This document shows, piece after piece, positions 43,771 to 58,522 of a stretch of DNA of 64,000 bases; the first letter of the stretch is position 1, and every line of letters starts with the position of its first letter. Below the pieces are notes generated by a model that did not search any database, was not told the DNA's origin, and worked only from the letters and a program-made list of their open reading frames with translations. Both the position numbers and the translations under genes were made by a program. Origin of the DNA: the human T2T-CHM13v2.0 reference genome, Homo sapiens. The DNA lies in the NCBI RefSeq assembly GCF_009914755.1, contig NC_060931.1. One strand, given 5' to 3'.

Positions 43771-46700
43771 CTCTAAGGTTGATTTGCCAATAAAATCCAT
43801 TAGTAATGAAGTATGTAACAATAAGGCACTTTGAGAACAACTTCGGATGACTACTATTTAAAAATGAAGGCTTCATTTATCATAGGTGTCAATTAAGCAT
43901 GAATGCTGTTTTATTTGGGGGTTAGAGATACAACACAGAAGAATCAGAAAATATCAATCTCTCACCAATTTCTAAAACATTCTTATATGCCAGTATGCAT
44001 GAAGATCTGCCTTTTCTGTTTTATGAGAAAAGCCCAAATCTAATGAATGGGAAGAAACTGAAATTGGAATATTGTTAATTATGCAGTGTGATAGCATTTT
44101 AAAAATGTATGATATTGAGTAGAAAAGTCAAGAGTGGATAATGGCACTGATGATGTTTCATAATTGTGATAATAGACATAGTCTTATGAAGCGATCCTAT
44201 GGACCAATGTTGGCATCGTTTAAGGTTTTAAATAATCAGTATGAAATATGGATGAAATAGTTTACGATATTGAAAAGAACTAATAAGAACAACAGCCATG
44301 TCCTAAACGATCTCAGATTACTCCAGTAATATAGTCTTTATGTAGTTTGATAACAGATATTGCAATGATCAGCATACTAAAACAAAGTATGTAGTTGTAA
44401 AAGGGAAGACTTTGTACTATGCTTTAAAAATGGATTGAATCTTACTAGGTAGGTTATGATTTTATTATTTATTTTGAGTCAAAAAATAAATACTATACAG
44501 ATTGCTTTTCATAGTTTTAGTTATAGACTTAAGGAAGGTGTTCTTAAAATAAAATGAGAACCAAATTACTATTAAAAAACAAATTAGGAAATCTTGATTT
44601 TAAAAATTCCATCACCAGGACATACAAAACAACAAACTAAAATGTTTTCTGGGAAATTATCAGTTTACTTTTAATGAAATATTTGTAATATTTAGTCATC
44701 TATATGGTAGTTAATGTCTTCCCAGTGCTGCTGGTTTTATTTTGCACTTTTAGTCTGTAGCTGAGAAAACACAGATCTTGAGTTTTTATAAGGAAGTTAA
44801 AATGCTGTAGAGAATTTTGGGGCTATTTTCAAGATTTCCATGAAAACAGAAAGCATTCATTAAACCAGTGAAATGATGCTCCTTGTATTTGCTTGTCTTC
44901 AATTTTATTGTCTTTTGTGTTGTTTTTGTCTATTTAATATCTATAATGTCACCCTTATTTCCTTTATTGATAATTATATACTCATGTTAAAAATGACACT
45001 GTCCAGTTAGGGAATTGGAGAAATACAGTATTTAATCAGCAGAGCAGAAACAGCATTCTAGCCCGAGGACTATTACTGTTTCCTCCTATGATTTATGTGA
45101 GACTCCCCATATCTCAAATTGACTATAAGATAGTGAGAATGGAATTCATACTCGTTGAAATATTGATGCCTATATTACGGGTATGTAATAAGAAAAAAAG
45201 TTGTATTTCTTTTTTAGCATGTCACTATATGAGTACTCTTGTACTTTCCTGTATTATTATCAAAATGCCATTTTGGTAAGTTTTAGATTGTATCCATTGC
45301 CTCTACTACTGGATTATATCCACTAGATTTGTGGTATGAATTTATCACATATTAATATGAACCTGTTAAACTAATTTACTTCAAAATTTCTTCAGTTCTA
45401 TTCGAGAGGATTAAATATTTGAATATTAGAGAAAAATTTCATTGTATTTTGTTCTTTGATAGTTTGCAGTTAAACTTCTTTCCATAGCAATAACTTTAAT
45501 AGTGATTTAACATGTGCTATGAGAGAAATTGTATACTGAATATAATTTTTATTAAATTCTGTATAAATTGTGTTCTTAGAAATACCATCATACTACTCAA
45601 ATATTTTAATATTTAAAGAATATTCAATTTATTTATTTCTTATAAAGCTATATCAGAGTAAAATTCCAGTTACATCTTATTTGGAAAAGCATTGCCTCAG
45701 TGATTAATGTGTAACCCCTCTTCAACCCAAAATAATGATGTATACCATGCACAACTCAATGTCAGGTGTTTGAATGGAACACAATTTTTAATTGTCTACT
45801 ATTTGGTATACACTTATAACAGTGTACGTATATATCTATTAGAAAACAGGCAATAAATTTGTGTTTTAAAAGATACAAATACGCTGATGCCATAATTCTT
45901 TGAAAAGTTTGCCCTTTACTAACTTATTGTTTCCTAAAAGAAAAAGAAAATACAAGTTCTAAGCAACCCAAGGAAAATGTTCTCTGTTGAAAGATTTTGT
46001 GATTGTCATAGGAAAATAAAAAGAATAGAATAGTTAATTGAGAGATTTTAATGTCATTATCTTTTAAAATAATAACAGAACATTCTGTTCTAACAACTGA
46101 TGTTGTTCAGTTTAGAGATTCTCTCAACTAACAAGTATGTAATTCTCTGAGTTTTATCTGGTTCAAGTTAGCATGTAATTCAGGTTTAATGACTTCGTAT
46201 TTGTGACCTTTGCACTGATTTTAAATCACTCCTCAGGAACATTAGATTGTTTCTTTGTGGTGTTTTGGGATCTATCACTTCTAAGCAGCAAATATTTTCA
46301 TGCTCAAATTATCACTTTTGTTTTACATAACACCTAGTTCTCTTTGCCTTCAAATTTCTCATATTTCCTGAATTTCCTTTCAGTGTATGTCTGTCTTAAG
46401 TGAGTTTATGGATGAAGAAAGATCAAACAAGGAATAAAAAATAATTCAGAGTTAAAATGTCATGAAGTATTAGAATAGGAGTGATAAAGATATCTTTGTT
46501 AAAAATTTTCAGAAAAGCAAACCAAGTTGCAAATTGATAAATAATAATAAAATTATTTTGAGTACCGGAAGACAATGGAAAAAATGCCTTTGAAATTTTT
46601 ACTGAGGTTAATTCTAACCTAGATTTCTAGACTGTCAAATCTTAGTAAAATATAATGTTCAAATAAAAAGATAGTTTTAGACACACAAAACACAGGAAAT

Positions 46701-48831
46701 TTATCTCTCGTATATCTTAGGATATTAATGGAGGATATCCGTCACCAAAACAAGGAAGCAATCTTAGGAAAAGAAGTACATGAAAAATGGGATCCACCTT
46801 TGGAAAGCATTAACACCAGTCAGTCTGAGAATAGTCTGACCAAAAACTCTATTAGACAGAAATTTAGGAAGTAAAGCAGCAAATAATGCTATGCATTTGA
46901 ACGTTTGGAATAAAACATTTAAAAAATGCTAAACCAAAAACAAAACAAAACAAAAACCACAGTGTTTGGCTAGTTGGAGCATTAACTTCATAGAAATTTA
47001 TATATTGAAATATGATTAAGTTATTAACTCCTGAGTTTAACTCCTAAGTTATATAAGAAATAAATATAAATGTAATAAACTATTTTGTACTACAGCAAAC
47101 CATATTTAGTCAAAATTAGGTAAATATTTATCAATGACTTATCCACAAATTTATATACTTATATTGGGAAGATGTAAAGAAGGGTTTTTAGCTTTAAATC
47201 TTTTGATAATACTTGACATTTGAAGAGTTCCACATTTTTTTAAAGGCAAAAAAAGTCCTCATTTTTTTATATCTCAAAAATTGCACCACCTAAACCTTTG
47301 TATCATTCACACAGCAGTTTTCCAACCTTTGTAATCAGCCCTATTCCCAAAATAATTCACTTTCTTTTCTGATCTTATTTTAATTTCAATTAAAAAATTA
47401 ACACAAACCTTAAAATATTTGAAACCTATTTGTATTTTGATTAATCTTTAGGCAAATAACGGCTATATACAATTCATTTAAGATATTTGATTAGAGGGTA
47501 GTTAACGGCTTAATATTATAATTGCTGGAAAGATTGTGTTTAAATATAAAAATCATTTTAGATATTTTAACCTTTTTTAAAATAAAAGTTTTTTCAAAAT
47601 TAATTTAAACTAGAAATAGTTTTACATACGTAAAAACAAGCCAATAATCAACAAACTAAAATTAATTTTAATGTATTTACAAAAGCATGACATTCAGCTT
47701 ATTTTGTATGTTTTAGAAATATTTTATTGCATAAATATGTTTTGCTGGAATTTCATTAAAATAACAAACATGTATGCAAAACATTTAAAAAATTGCATAG
47801 AAAATCGATCAGACATACATAAAATCTCTATTGTAGCAATATACTTTACAGTTTTCAGTGATATTTCTAAAAGTACAATAAGGCTTTTTTCATTTAGCAT
47901 TAATCAGCATTTAGAAGGGATATAAAGGGAATTTTTCAGAAGATTTTTTTCTGAAAAATATCAAAATTTGCCTATTTTGGATTTTTTTCTCAAATAAGCT
48001 GCATAGTTTCTCTCTTAATACAGAAAAATGCTGAACATAATTTATGATTTTTTGACGATGAAAAGTATTTTACAATATAACACAATGAAACCACGAGAAT
48101 ACTGAAGCCTGTAGAACATTATAATTCAATAAGCTTGGAACATTTACTATGTTCTTAATCATTTTATCCATATTAATGCTTTTTATGTCTTTTTCCTCTT
48201 TATCAGTGTGTCAGACATAGCTTCTATTTGTTGTCACTGTCCCTGATTCTATTACAATTCTACTCTGCCTTCTAAGTTGTTGGTTATTTCCTAATGTGGT
48301 AAAAAGACAAACAAACAAACAAGGTGACCAAATTTTCTTTTTAAGAACTAAATGCAAAACAAGTATAGATTATCTTTTAGTGATGGCTTAAGTCTTCTTC
48401 CATGTGTAATTGGCATAAGTTATAGCTCTCTAAGTGAATTATATTTAATAACAATTTTATGATCAATTTCACTTGTTTAAATTTCTTTATTTTTTTTTAC
48501 CATTAGTGGTTAAACTTGTTGAATAAATGACCTTTGAAGACGTTAAAAATTTGAATAAATACCTGGAGCAAAAAATAAGAATAACTATAGACCTATTATA
48601 TTTTAATATTAAGGAAAAGGTCTATCATGGGCAAAGACATGGCTGTCTCTTCAGTCGCTTTTATGGTGGGATGTAATTGAAAGGGTTTTTTGGTAAACAT
48701 ACTTGGCTGCCCACCTAGTACTCATCCTGATTTATCTTATGTTAACACAACTCTGGCATTCTTCGAATATATCTACTGAACCAGAATTTCCCACCCCTAA
48801 CTGTGTGTTGGATTCATGTGGGAAACTCTAA

Positions 48832-49227
<396 letters not shown>

Positions 49228-51399
49228 TAAAAGCTCCTCAGAGGTTGAATTGTTTAGAAAAATTTGCAGATGAATATCTGATTCATAGCCCAATCTGCTG
49301 TCAGTGAAATGCTGATTGTTCAAGCCAAAGTTGTCTGTTTGAGATCAACTCAGTAACATGGTCTTTGTCAAGGCTCCAAAGACTGTGACACTAAAAGTTT
49401 TCCCAAACATACTAATTAAGCTTATCAGAAATGGTGCCACTTTATAGGACATCGTAGAAACAGGGCATCAACAGCCTCTGAAGGAGAGCAGCTATACTTG
49501 GTTCAATACAGAAAAACATGTGTTTAATTTTGGCATTGCTGTAAGCTGATTTTTCAACTTATAGTCCTCACCCTTTCCTAATTTTCTGGGCTCTATCATT
49601 TGGGCAGGCGTGTTTCTCTGCTTGTGTTTGTGGTCTTCCTTACTGAAGTGGGATACAATAGAATCTGTTCAGCAGCGTTAGGTACACAGCAAGAATGTGC
49701 CAAAAGCCTGGCCAACCTTGACCCTTCCACTAGCTCACTGAATGACCTTTGAACTCATTCTCTTTCATCTCCAAGATCCAGGCCATATATCCAAGAAAAA
49801 GGCTTAAAAATTTCCTCGTATGCTCAGTCTGTTATGGAAACAGAAGAGCCTCCATTTCTCTCCATTTTATCAAGAGCGTCCAAAACAGGTCTCCCTTTTG
49901 TTTGACCACCAGTAGACTCTTTTGGGGAACATTGGCAACCGTACAATACACACCTTCCTCATAAGCAAAGAAGGGGGCATTTGTACATCCCTAAACAGTG
50001 ATTATTTCTGAAATATTTGTTCTCAGTAACTTAACAAGGGCATTTCACATTTTGTTACAGGTCCAAGTCACCTACTTTGTGTCACAGTTTCTCTGGATGT
50101 GCATGAGGTCATCATACCATCAGCAGATTCAGAAGCACACCCATGTTTGTACCCACTTCATAGTGTTATTGCAAGGGTTATATAAAAATGCTTAGAAAGT
50201 GCCCGGCACATTGTAATCTCCATATACATATGTCCTATCATTTCTCTAGTATTATTGTCAATAAGAGGGCCCATTTGCCTATCTGGTGTTTTCTACATGC
50301 TCTGATGACAACTATACTAATACTGTTGAAATCCTGCAATGACCCAGTCAGGAATCTTGACTACCAGGATAATTTTGGATTTGTTTTGCTCCAGGGCTGG
50401 ACGATTTTTGTTTCTGGTTCCTGTGATTAATGGAAACCCTGTCTTAACTTCTTACCACTCCACTGCCTTCATCATTTTCAGTAATTGAAAAAAGTGAAAA
50501 CAAAGTCCAATTCTATCAGAATGAGCTTGGAGTGGAGTGTCATTCAGCATTGCCTCTGCATATACCTGTTTTAATAGCCCATGTACATGCTTCTTAAATT
50601 GAAATATCTCCTTACCAGAACACTCTATACCAACTTTTCCAGGTTAGGTATAAATTCAATCCCTGAAAGAGATTTACAAGACTGATTTGTAAACCTTTAT
50701 GGTTAAAAAAATTCCTAAAGGCTTTTATAAATGTCTCAGATATGTAGTCACAGTGACGTGTCATTTATCTAGCACGAATGTAAGATGTGAAAGGTGCCAA
50801 TCAGCCATTTCTTCAAGTTTTAATCTCAACATCAAAGCAATATGATTATTGAAGCATCTTGGCATTGTGTCTTCACTGACACTTAAATGCCAGGGAGTCT
50901 GGTATCAAATTTCTGGAAAGCATCACTTGTTTCTGATAACTAATTGTTTCAGTTTTGGGAAGGCACAAAACCTTCCCAAAGTCTGACTCAATGTTATAGG
51001 CTATGTCTTATGACACATAGTCATACTGAGTTGCATTGAATTACATTAACCACAATGTCTTTTCTCTACAAGGAGAGGTTAAGTTTATTTTAGAAAAACA
51101 GAGACTGGGATAGAAGTCTTCAAAATTACTTTCGACTCCAATCCTTTCTTAATGTTCTGGAAATACCTGATAAATTAATGTTGCAAATTTCACTAAGACT
51201 GCATTGGTGTTTGGCAATGTCTATAAATTACCCTAAAATTTCTTGTGTTTTAAATAGATTTTTGAAGGATTTACATACACACATTTTAAAGCTAAATCTG
51301 AGTATGTTTCTTGAGACATGCATTGTGAGCTGTTTTATTACAGTGAAATAAACTGTTTGCCAAGCAATGCACTCTGTAAGCAAGTGTCTAGAACTTGCT

Positions 51400-52322
51400 T
51401 CTTTAAATTTATTGATACATAATAATTGTACATATTTATTGGTTACATGTGATATTTTCATATATGCATACAATATGTAATGATTAAATCAGGATAATTA
51501 GGATATCTATCACCTAAAAGCTTTGTCATTTCTTAATGTTGAGAACATTACAAATCCTTTCTTCTAGCCGATTTGAAATACAGAACAAGTTGTTATTAAC
51601 TGTAGCCACATTAACTGTGACTAAAATTTATTTCTTCTATCTAACTGTATTTTGCCATCCTCTCTTCATCTTTCCTTCACCTCCATTCTTCCCAACCTCT
51701 GGTAACCACCATTCTCCTCTCTACTTCCATGAGATTAATTTTTTTTAGCTCCCACGTATGAGTGAAAACGTGATATTTTTCTTTCTGTGCCTGGCTTATT
51801 TCACTTAACGTTATGACCTCCAGTTCTATTTTTGTTGTTGCAAGTGACAGAACTTTATTCATTTTTATGGCCACGTAATATCCCATTGTGTATATGTACC
51901 ATATTTCCTTTATTCTTCTGCTGATGGACATTTAGGTTGATTCCATATCTTGGCGATTGTGAATAGTGCCGCAATAAACGTGAGACTGCAAATATCTCTT
52001 TGACATACTGATGCACTTACTATTAGGTATACATACAGCAGAGAGATTGCTGCATCAAATGGTATTCATATTTTTAGTTTTTAAAGAAATCTCCATACTC
52101 TTTTCCATAATTGCTATACTAATTTACATTCCCTCCTCCGATAGTGTACATGAGTTCCTTTTACTCCACATCCTCATCCTCATTTGTTACTTTTTTGGCT
52201 TTTTGATAATAGCCATTTTCACTGTGATGAGATGACATCTCCTTGTGTTTTTGATTTACATTTCTCTGATGATGAGTGACATTGAGCATTTTTTTCATAT
52301 ACTTGTTGACCATTTGTATGTC
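51400..52322 (-). mobile_element. L1MA 3' fragment
   Basis: attgatacataataattgtacatatttattgg; LEVITLSEISQAQKEKY on minus strand. Confidence 0.88.
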
Positions 52323-53379
52323 TCCAGATTTTTTAAGGCTTCTTTGGTATATTTTCAAACTCATTTTCAATTGGGTCCACTGTATTCTCCAAATCATCAG
52401 TTTTATAAGATTCTCTATATATTTTCTGTCATCCATTTTTTATTAATCTGAAATCTATCTCAAAAAAACTCAATGGCTCAAGTCCTAGGAGGTCCAGTTA
52501 GTCAGTGTGCCAGATACTTATCGTCAAGGATTGTCCACAATCTAGGATCACTCCCCTCTCTTAATAAGAACAGGACAGATTTCCTCCTCAAAACTAACGT
52601 GTAAGAACTATCTCCTTATTTATTTTCTAAAGCAAATAATTTGATTCAGTACCCATTTTCACGACTGAAAAATTCTCTATCTGGATGAGATAGGAATTTT
52701 TTCCTCTTCCCAGGTAATCTGGGGCACAGATAATTTTTGCAGCGCAGAAATACATTCCACAGGCTACATAGAAGAGCATTTTAAGTAAATTGGATTCTAG
52801 AACTTCAAATTCTATCCTGCTTTTTCGTAAAATGTTTCAGCCTGAGATTGTGCCATACAAAGAGGCATAATGCTTGTTTCCTTTCCCTTTTTCTCACTTT
52901 ACAAAAATAAATAAATAAATAAATAAACAAAGTAAAAAAAAGGCTCTGGTGTAAAACAGAGAAACACGTTTTTTTGGTGTTGTTTTTGTTTGTTTGTTTT
53001 TTGTTCAGAAAGAATACTTTAATTAAGGCAGCATTGTTTATTTCTGCATAATATGCCTTCTTGTTTCTAAAACGGCCTTAGAAAGAGTGTAATATGTTGG
53101 GATTTGAATAAACATTAGAGTAGGACAGCAGAGAAACTGGCAATGTTCATTTGGAAACTTAGTTCTTCCATTTACCAGCTTTTGTCACAAAATTACTCAG
53201 TCCTGAGAGAATCCCATGAAGGTGAAACAAAGTAGTTTCAGTAAGAAATATTGAAGATGGCAGCACACTATTTCATCTATTGAACATATCATGGGAAGTG
53301 TCTGTCTTATCTATCTTATAACTGGAATTCAGAAACGAGATGGTTGTCATAGGAATTCATATTAATATGTTTATTTGAG

Positions 53380-53790
53380 TTGAGAAATGAAGTCAGACTT
53401 TCTGTGACAGAAGGAATTCTGATCTGCTGATTAGTTTGAAAATATTGACTGGCTTTGCCAATTAGGTTATATGACTGGCATTTCCAAATTGAATGAAGTA
53501 AATCTGTAGGTCCAGGTTTTGACAAACATATATAATAAAGAGTGTAACAAGATTAAAACATTTTATCTAAAACATTTATTGGCAGAGATATTAAAATGAA
53601 CAATATTTCAGTCTTCGCAAATCTTTCTGAGTGTATTGATTTATTCAAGGTGTGTCAAGGTGAAAGATTAACCTTATAATTAAGAGGTATATTTGCTAAG
53701 TCTCAGCAAAGTTTTATGTTATGGGTTATTAAAAAATATTCTCTAGAAATTGACAAGTGAATGACTCTAATTACAGAGTAATGAATTCAG
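53380..53790 (+). mobile_element. hAT/Charlie (Buster-type) transposase remnant
   Basis: Reads as RNEVRL...DWLCQLGYMTGI.KLNEVNL.(stop)QGFDK...KIKTF with frameshifts, resembling WL..LAYL.DIF.KLNELNL.LQG. Confidence 0.6.
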
Positions 53791-54649
53791 TTGCAGGTAG
53801 GGGAATGTATGCACAGACCACGTCTAACATAATTTGAACTTGTCCATGTAACTGTCTATAGAAGGTTATTTAAAATATTTATCTCTTACTAAAAACTAAT
53901 AATACATTGCATCCATTTAAACTGATGATGAATAATTTCCAATCCCAACTTAAACACAGTGCAATTTTTCTTTTTTAGTACAAACTAGCAAAAATATTTG
54001 AAATAACACTGTTCTGGAAAACAGAGCCCAGATTGTTGTGGGGGTGAGTGTGGAGCAGAAGACAGGTATGGGAAAATTGCCAAAATAGTTCTCTTTCTTT
54101 TATGATGAACCTATAGCAGAAAATAAGATATAGTTATTTTATTAATCAGGTTATTCTGCTGCAATGTGCTACTTAGAAGCATTTTTTGAGTTTTTGATTA
54201 TTTTGTGTTAGTTCTTATTTATTCACATAAAATGTGTCTTATTTACTTCTTTTCAGAATCAGCTAAGATCATGTTTTCTTAGCATGTATTCTACAGGGAT
54301 TTTTTTAAATTCATGAAACAAATAATCTTGATTCTTAATAGGTATGAATTATCAATATCTGTACACAATGGTGTACAGATACGCCATATCTGTACATGGT
54401 GAAATGTATAGCATATTTAATAAATGGACTAAATTTGGTAGAATACACCAAGCAAACAGTTCTATCAAATAAACACTGCATTTGCTATCCTCCATCACTT
54501 GGTGATGCCTTGGAGAGACCTCATTGATTTCTGCTCAGTTTCAACCACAGGTGGATACACAGATTTAGGTATTTGAAGTAAAACAAAGCATTATTGAATG
54601 TAATGGAAAAAATTATAAGCTACATCATTTGACAAGGTACAAATAGGAA

Positions 54650-55035
54650 AAATGCTTGCCAATCATACAGTAAAGAGCTAATCATACTACAGAGAGAACA
54701 TCTAGGTACTGAGAAGAAAATACTACCAATCCAACCGAAAAATGGGCAAATTTATTAACAGAGAGTTTTTTAAATATATATATGGTCCTTAAACTATGAA
54801 GATGATTAATCTCAGTCTTAATTGCAAAGATGCAAATTAAAACAACACTAAGATATAATTTCTCACTTATCAAAATGGCAAAAATTCAAAAGTTTAACAT
54901 GTTCTGTTACAGAGGCTCTGGGGAAACAGACACTCTGATATGTTATTGTAGGGCAAAGTGGTACTATTCCTATGGAAAAACATTTGGCAATATCTATCAA
55001 AATAAAAATTGCATTTACCCTTTGACACAACAATC
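54650..55035 (+). mobile_element. Old L1 (L1ME-like) ORF2 3' fragment
   Basis: gaaaaatgggcaaa; MQIKTTLRY; tttgacacaacaatcccagctctgggaatcta. Confidence 0.8.
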
Positions 55036-55039
55036 CCAG

Positions 55040-55445
55040 CTCTGGGAATCTAGCCTAACTCTGAGACTCAGTTTTGTTGCAGTAATCAACAGGCTGGAGA
55101 TCTCAGTGGTTTACAACAAACGCATTTATTTATTGCTTCTATTACATGAGGGCTGCAGGTCAGCTTTTGATTTGTCTGATGCCTTCTTATTCCTGGACCA
55201 GGGCTGAAGTGGCACCTGCTACCTGGGAAATGCTGTTTTCATGGCAGGAGTCAGAAGCTAAAGGGGAACAACAAGGGCTTCTGCAAGTTTCTGCTTGGCA
55301 TTAGGACAGTGTTACTTCTGCCCATGTTCCATCAGACAAAGAAGTAATATGGCTAAAACCAAAGTTATCAGGGCAGTGATTTATATTCTGCCCACTGGGA
55401 AGCAATGCACAGTAACAGGGGGCAGTACTTGAGCATCTAATCCTA
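55040..55445 (-). mobile_element. Old MaLR LTR (MLT1K/L-like)
   Basis: atctcagtggtttacaacaaac..atttattt; gtaatatggctaaaaccaaagt. Confidence 0.65.
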
Positions 55446-55585
55446 TTAAAGGGAGGAAGGAAGGAATTGGAAACTATGCCTACGTGCGTGTGGATGATGT
55501 GAAATGTATACAAGGTGGTTCATTGCAGCATTTTTTGCAATAATAAGAGCATTGATTTATAAACATTTGTAGAGAGATATCAGAC

Positions 55586-55764
55586 TGTCTCTCTCTCTCT
55601 CTGTCTCTCTGTCTCTCTCTCTCTATATATATAGCCTTTAAACTATGAAGATGATTAATTTCAGTCTTAATTGCAAAATGCAAATTAAAACAACACTAAG
55701 ATATAATTTCTGACTTATCAAAAATGGCAAAAATCCAAAAGTGTAACATGTTTTGTTCTGAGAC

Positions 55765-55800
<36 letters not shown>
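55586..55800 (+). repeat. (TC)n(TA)n, then a duplicated 135-bp L1 piece, then (TG)n
   Basis: 55625-55757 is a close copy of 54774-54908, bracketed by microsatellites. Confidence 0.85.
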
Positions 55801-55802
<2 letters not shown>

Positions 55803-56040
55803 TGTCTCTTAGAAGAATACATGGCCGACAGTAATGCTCTCTGTGCTCAGAATTTCTATGTCCAGCAGCAATTGTGCTTGAGTTATTTCAAGACTCAAAG
55901 TGATCTTTCCTGGACTACAGACCTTACATCATTTAAAACATGAAACTGTGCTTACAATGTATTCATTTAATAAATATTTATTGAAGGCCTGGTATACTAC
56001 AGGCTGATTTACGTTGAAGAAATATACTAGATCAGGTATG

Positions 56041-56624
56041 TGCAATGGTTAATATTAGGTGTCAACTTGACTGGATTGAAGGATGCCTAAATGGCTGGTA
56101 AAGTATCTTTTCTGAGTGTGTCTGTGAAGGTGTTGCCAGAGGAGACTGACATTTGCATCCGTGGATTGGGAGAGGAAGACTCACCCTCAATGCGGGTGGG
56201 CACCATCCAACTGGCTGCCAGCACAATAAAAATAAAGTAGGCAGAAGAAGGTAGACTCACTTTGTTTGCTGGATCTCCTGGCTTCCTTCTTTTTCCCGTG
56301 CTGGATGTTTCCTCCTGCTCCTCCTGCCCTTGGACATTGGACTCCCGGTTCTCTAGCCTTTGGACTGTGGGACTTACACCAATGGCTTGCAGAGGGGCTT
56401 TCGGGCCTTCAGCAACAGACTGATGGCTGCATTGTCGGCTTCCCCTGGTTTTGAGGCTTTTGGACTAGGACAGAGCCACTACTGTCTTCCCTCTTCCTAA
56501 GCTTGCAGACCAGTTGTGGGACTTTGCCTTATGATCATGTGAGCAAATTCTCCCTAATAAACCTCCTTTCATACATACATATATCCTATTAGTTCTGTCC
56601 CTCTGGAGAACCTTGACAAACACA
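56041..56624 (+). mobile_element. MLT2 (A2/B-like) solo LTR
   Basis: tggttaatattaggtgtcaacttgactggattgaaggatgc...ttctgtccctctggagaacc; TSD gtatg (56036-56040) and gtaca (56625-56629), consistent with CpG decay of gtacg. Confidence 0.9.
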
Positions 56625-57370
56625 GTACATATAATAGATACAATTAATCTACAGAGATAAAAAAGTTAATGTCATTCAATCCCAGCTTCTTCTGATTCTT
56701 CCTTTGCCAATCTGCCCTAGCCCAGGTTATAGGCATGGGGATTTAACAGCAATAAAGGGTGGTTAGGCTTTTGACACAAGGAACTGGGCGTTTGTGACAA
56801 GAAACTCTTTACAAGACAATAAATCAATCTAAAGAGTGTCTCTGAGATGTTTGGGACTAATATTATTACTTCAGGAATATCTGTGGAAATTCCTATCACC
56901 AGAGAAAGGACAGCATAAGCCTTCTAAAGCTTTTTTTTTTTGAGAATTCCAGACACGAGAAGGCTCTGAAGGAGTATTGTAATTTGGGAAAATGAGCAGA
57001 ACATTTGTAAGGGCTTTAGAAATAGAGAATCGGCAAAATTCCGCTTGTTTTAGACATAGTTGGTCAAGGGCAGTTCTTAAAAGAGAGAGAAATTGTGTGT
57101 GTGGATTAGAAGCCACTGTTTGGGTATTTTGTAGAAGAATAATTGGGGGCTAAAGTCATGTTACAGAACAGTTATGAAAGAAAACTATTCCAGATCAGGA
57201 CATAAGAGACACAATGAAAGGTTCACATTCATTTAGCATTTATCAACATTTATTAGTACGAGAATATTCATGTTCTCTTGATAATATTAAGAATAGGATT
57301 CCAGGTATCTGCTGGAAGCAAATTCTTGACATTTATTGATTCAAGGCATTATTACCAAGAGATGGTTTTT

Positions 57371-57672
<302 letters not shown>

Positions 57673-57741
57673 TGATGGTTTTTGAATAGGGGTTAGCAAA
57701 CTATAGCCCTAGCCTACTGCCCATTTTGTAATTAAAGTTTT

Positions 57742-57943
57742 TTTTTTTTCTATAGATTTTGGAGGAACAGGTGGTATTTGGTGACATGAGTAAGTTCTTT
57801 TAGTGGTAACTTGTGAGATTTCCCACCTTTTCCCCTGAGTGCCCAAAGTTCATTGTATCATTTTTATGTCTCTCCAATCCCATCCAGGTTGCAGTAAATG
57901 CCATTAATTCATTCCTTTTTATGGCTGAGCAGCATTCCATCTC

Positions 57944-58002
<59 letters not shown>

Positions 58003-58324
58003 CATACACACACACACACATATACATACACATGACTTTTCCTCTGTGTATATACTATGGTATATATACCACAGTTTCTTTATCCACTCATTTATTGATG
58101 GGCATTTGGGCTGGTTCCATAGTTTGAAATTGTAAATTGTGCTGCTATAAACATGCATGTGCAAGTACCTTTTTTATGTAATAACTTCTTTTCCTCTGGG
58201 TAGATACCCAGTAGCGGGATTGCTGGATCAAATAGTAGTTCTACTTTTAGTTCTTTAAGGAATCTCCATACTGTTTTCCATAGTGGTTGTACTACTTTAT
58301 ATTCCCACCAGCAGTGTAGAAATG
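57742..58324 (-). mobile_element. 5'-truncated L1PB with internal deletions
   Basis: [41 protein letters not shown]; TSD ttttg(t/c)aatt(a/c)aagtttt at 57724-57741 and 58325-58342. Confidence 0.88.
57945..58032. repeat. Compound (TA)n(TG)n(TA)n(CA)n microsatellite
   Basis: Direct reading. Confidence 0.9.
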
Positions 58325-58522
58325 TTTTGCAATTCAAGTTTTATTAGAGCATAGCTACAGTCATTTATTTACATATTGTCTGTGGCTATTTTCACAATAC
58401 TATAGCAGAGTTGACTAGTTGACACGTTATCTGATGGCATACAAAGCTGAAAATACTTACCATCTAGCTCTTTGCAGACAGAGTTTGCAGGCTTCTGTTC
58501 TAGAGGGCAGTAGGTTGGTGGT

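Larger units (their letters stand above)
57687..58497 (+). mobile_element. MER58A (hAT-Charlie MITE) split by an L1 insertion
   Basis: aggggttagcaaacta...aagttttattagagcatagc...aaagctgaaaatacttaccatct...agtttgc, followed by ttctagag. Confidence 0.8.
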
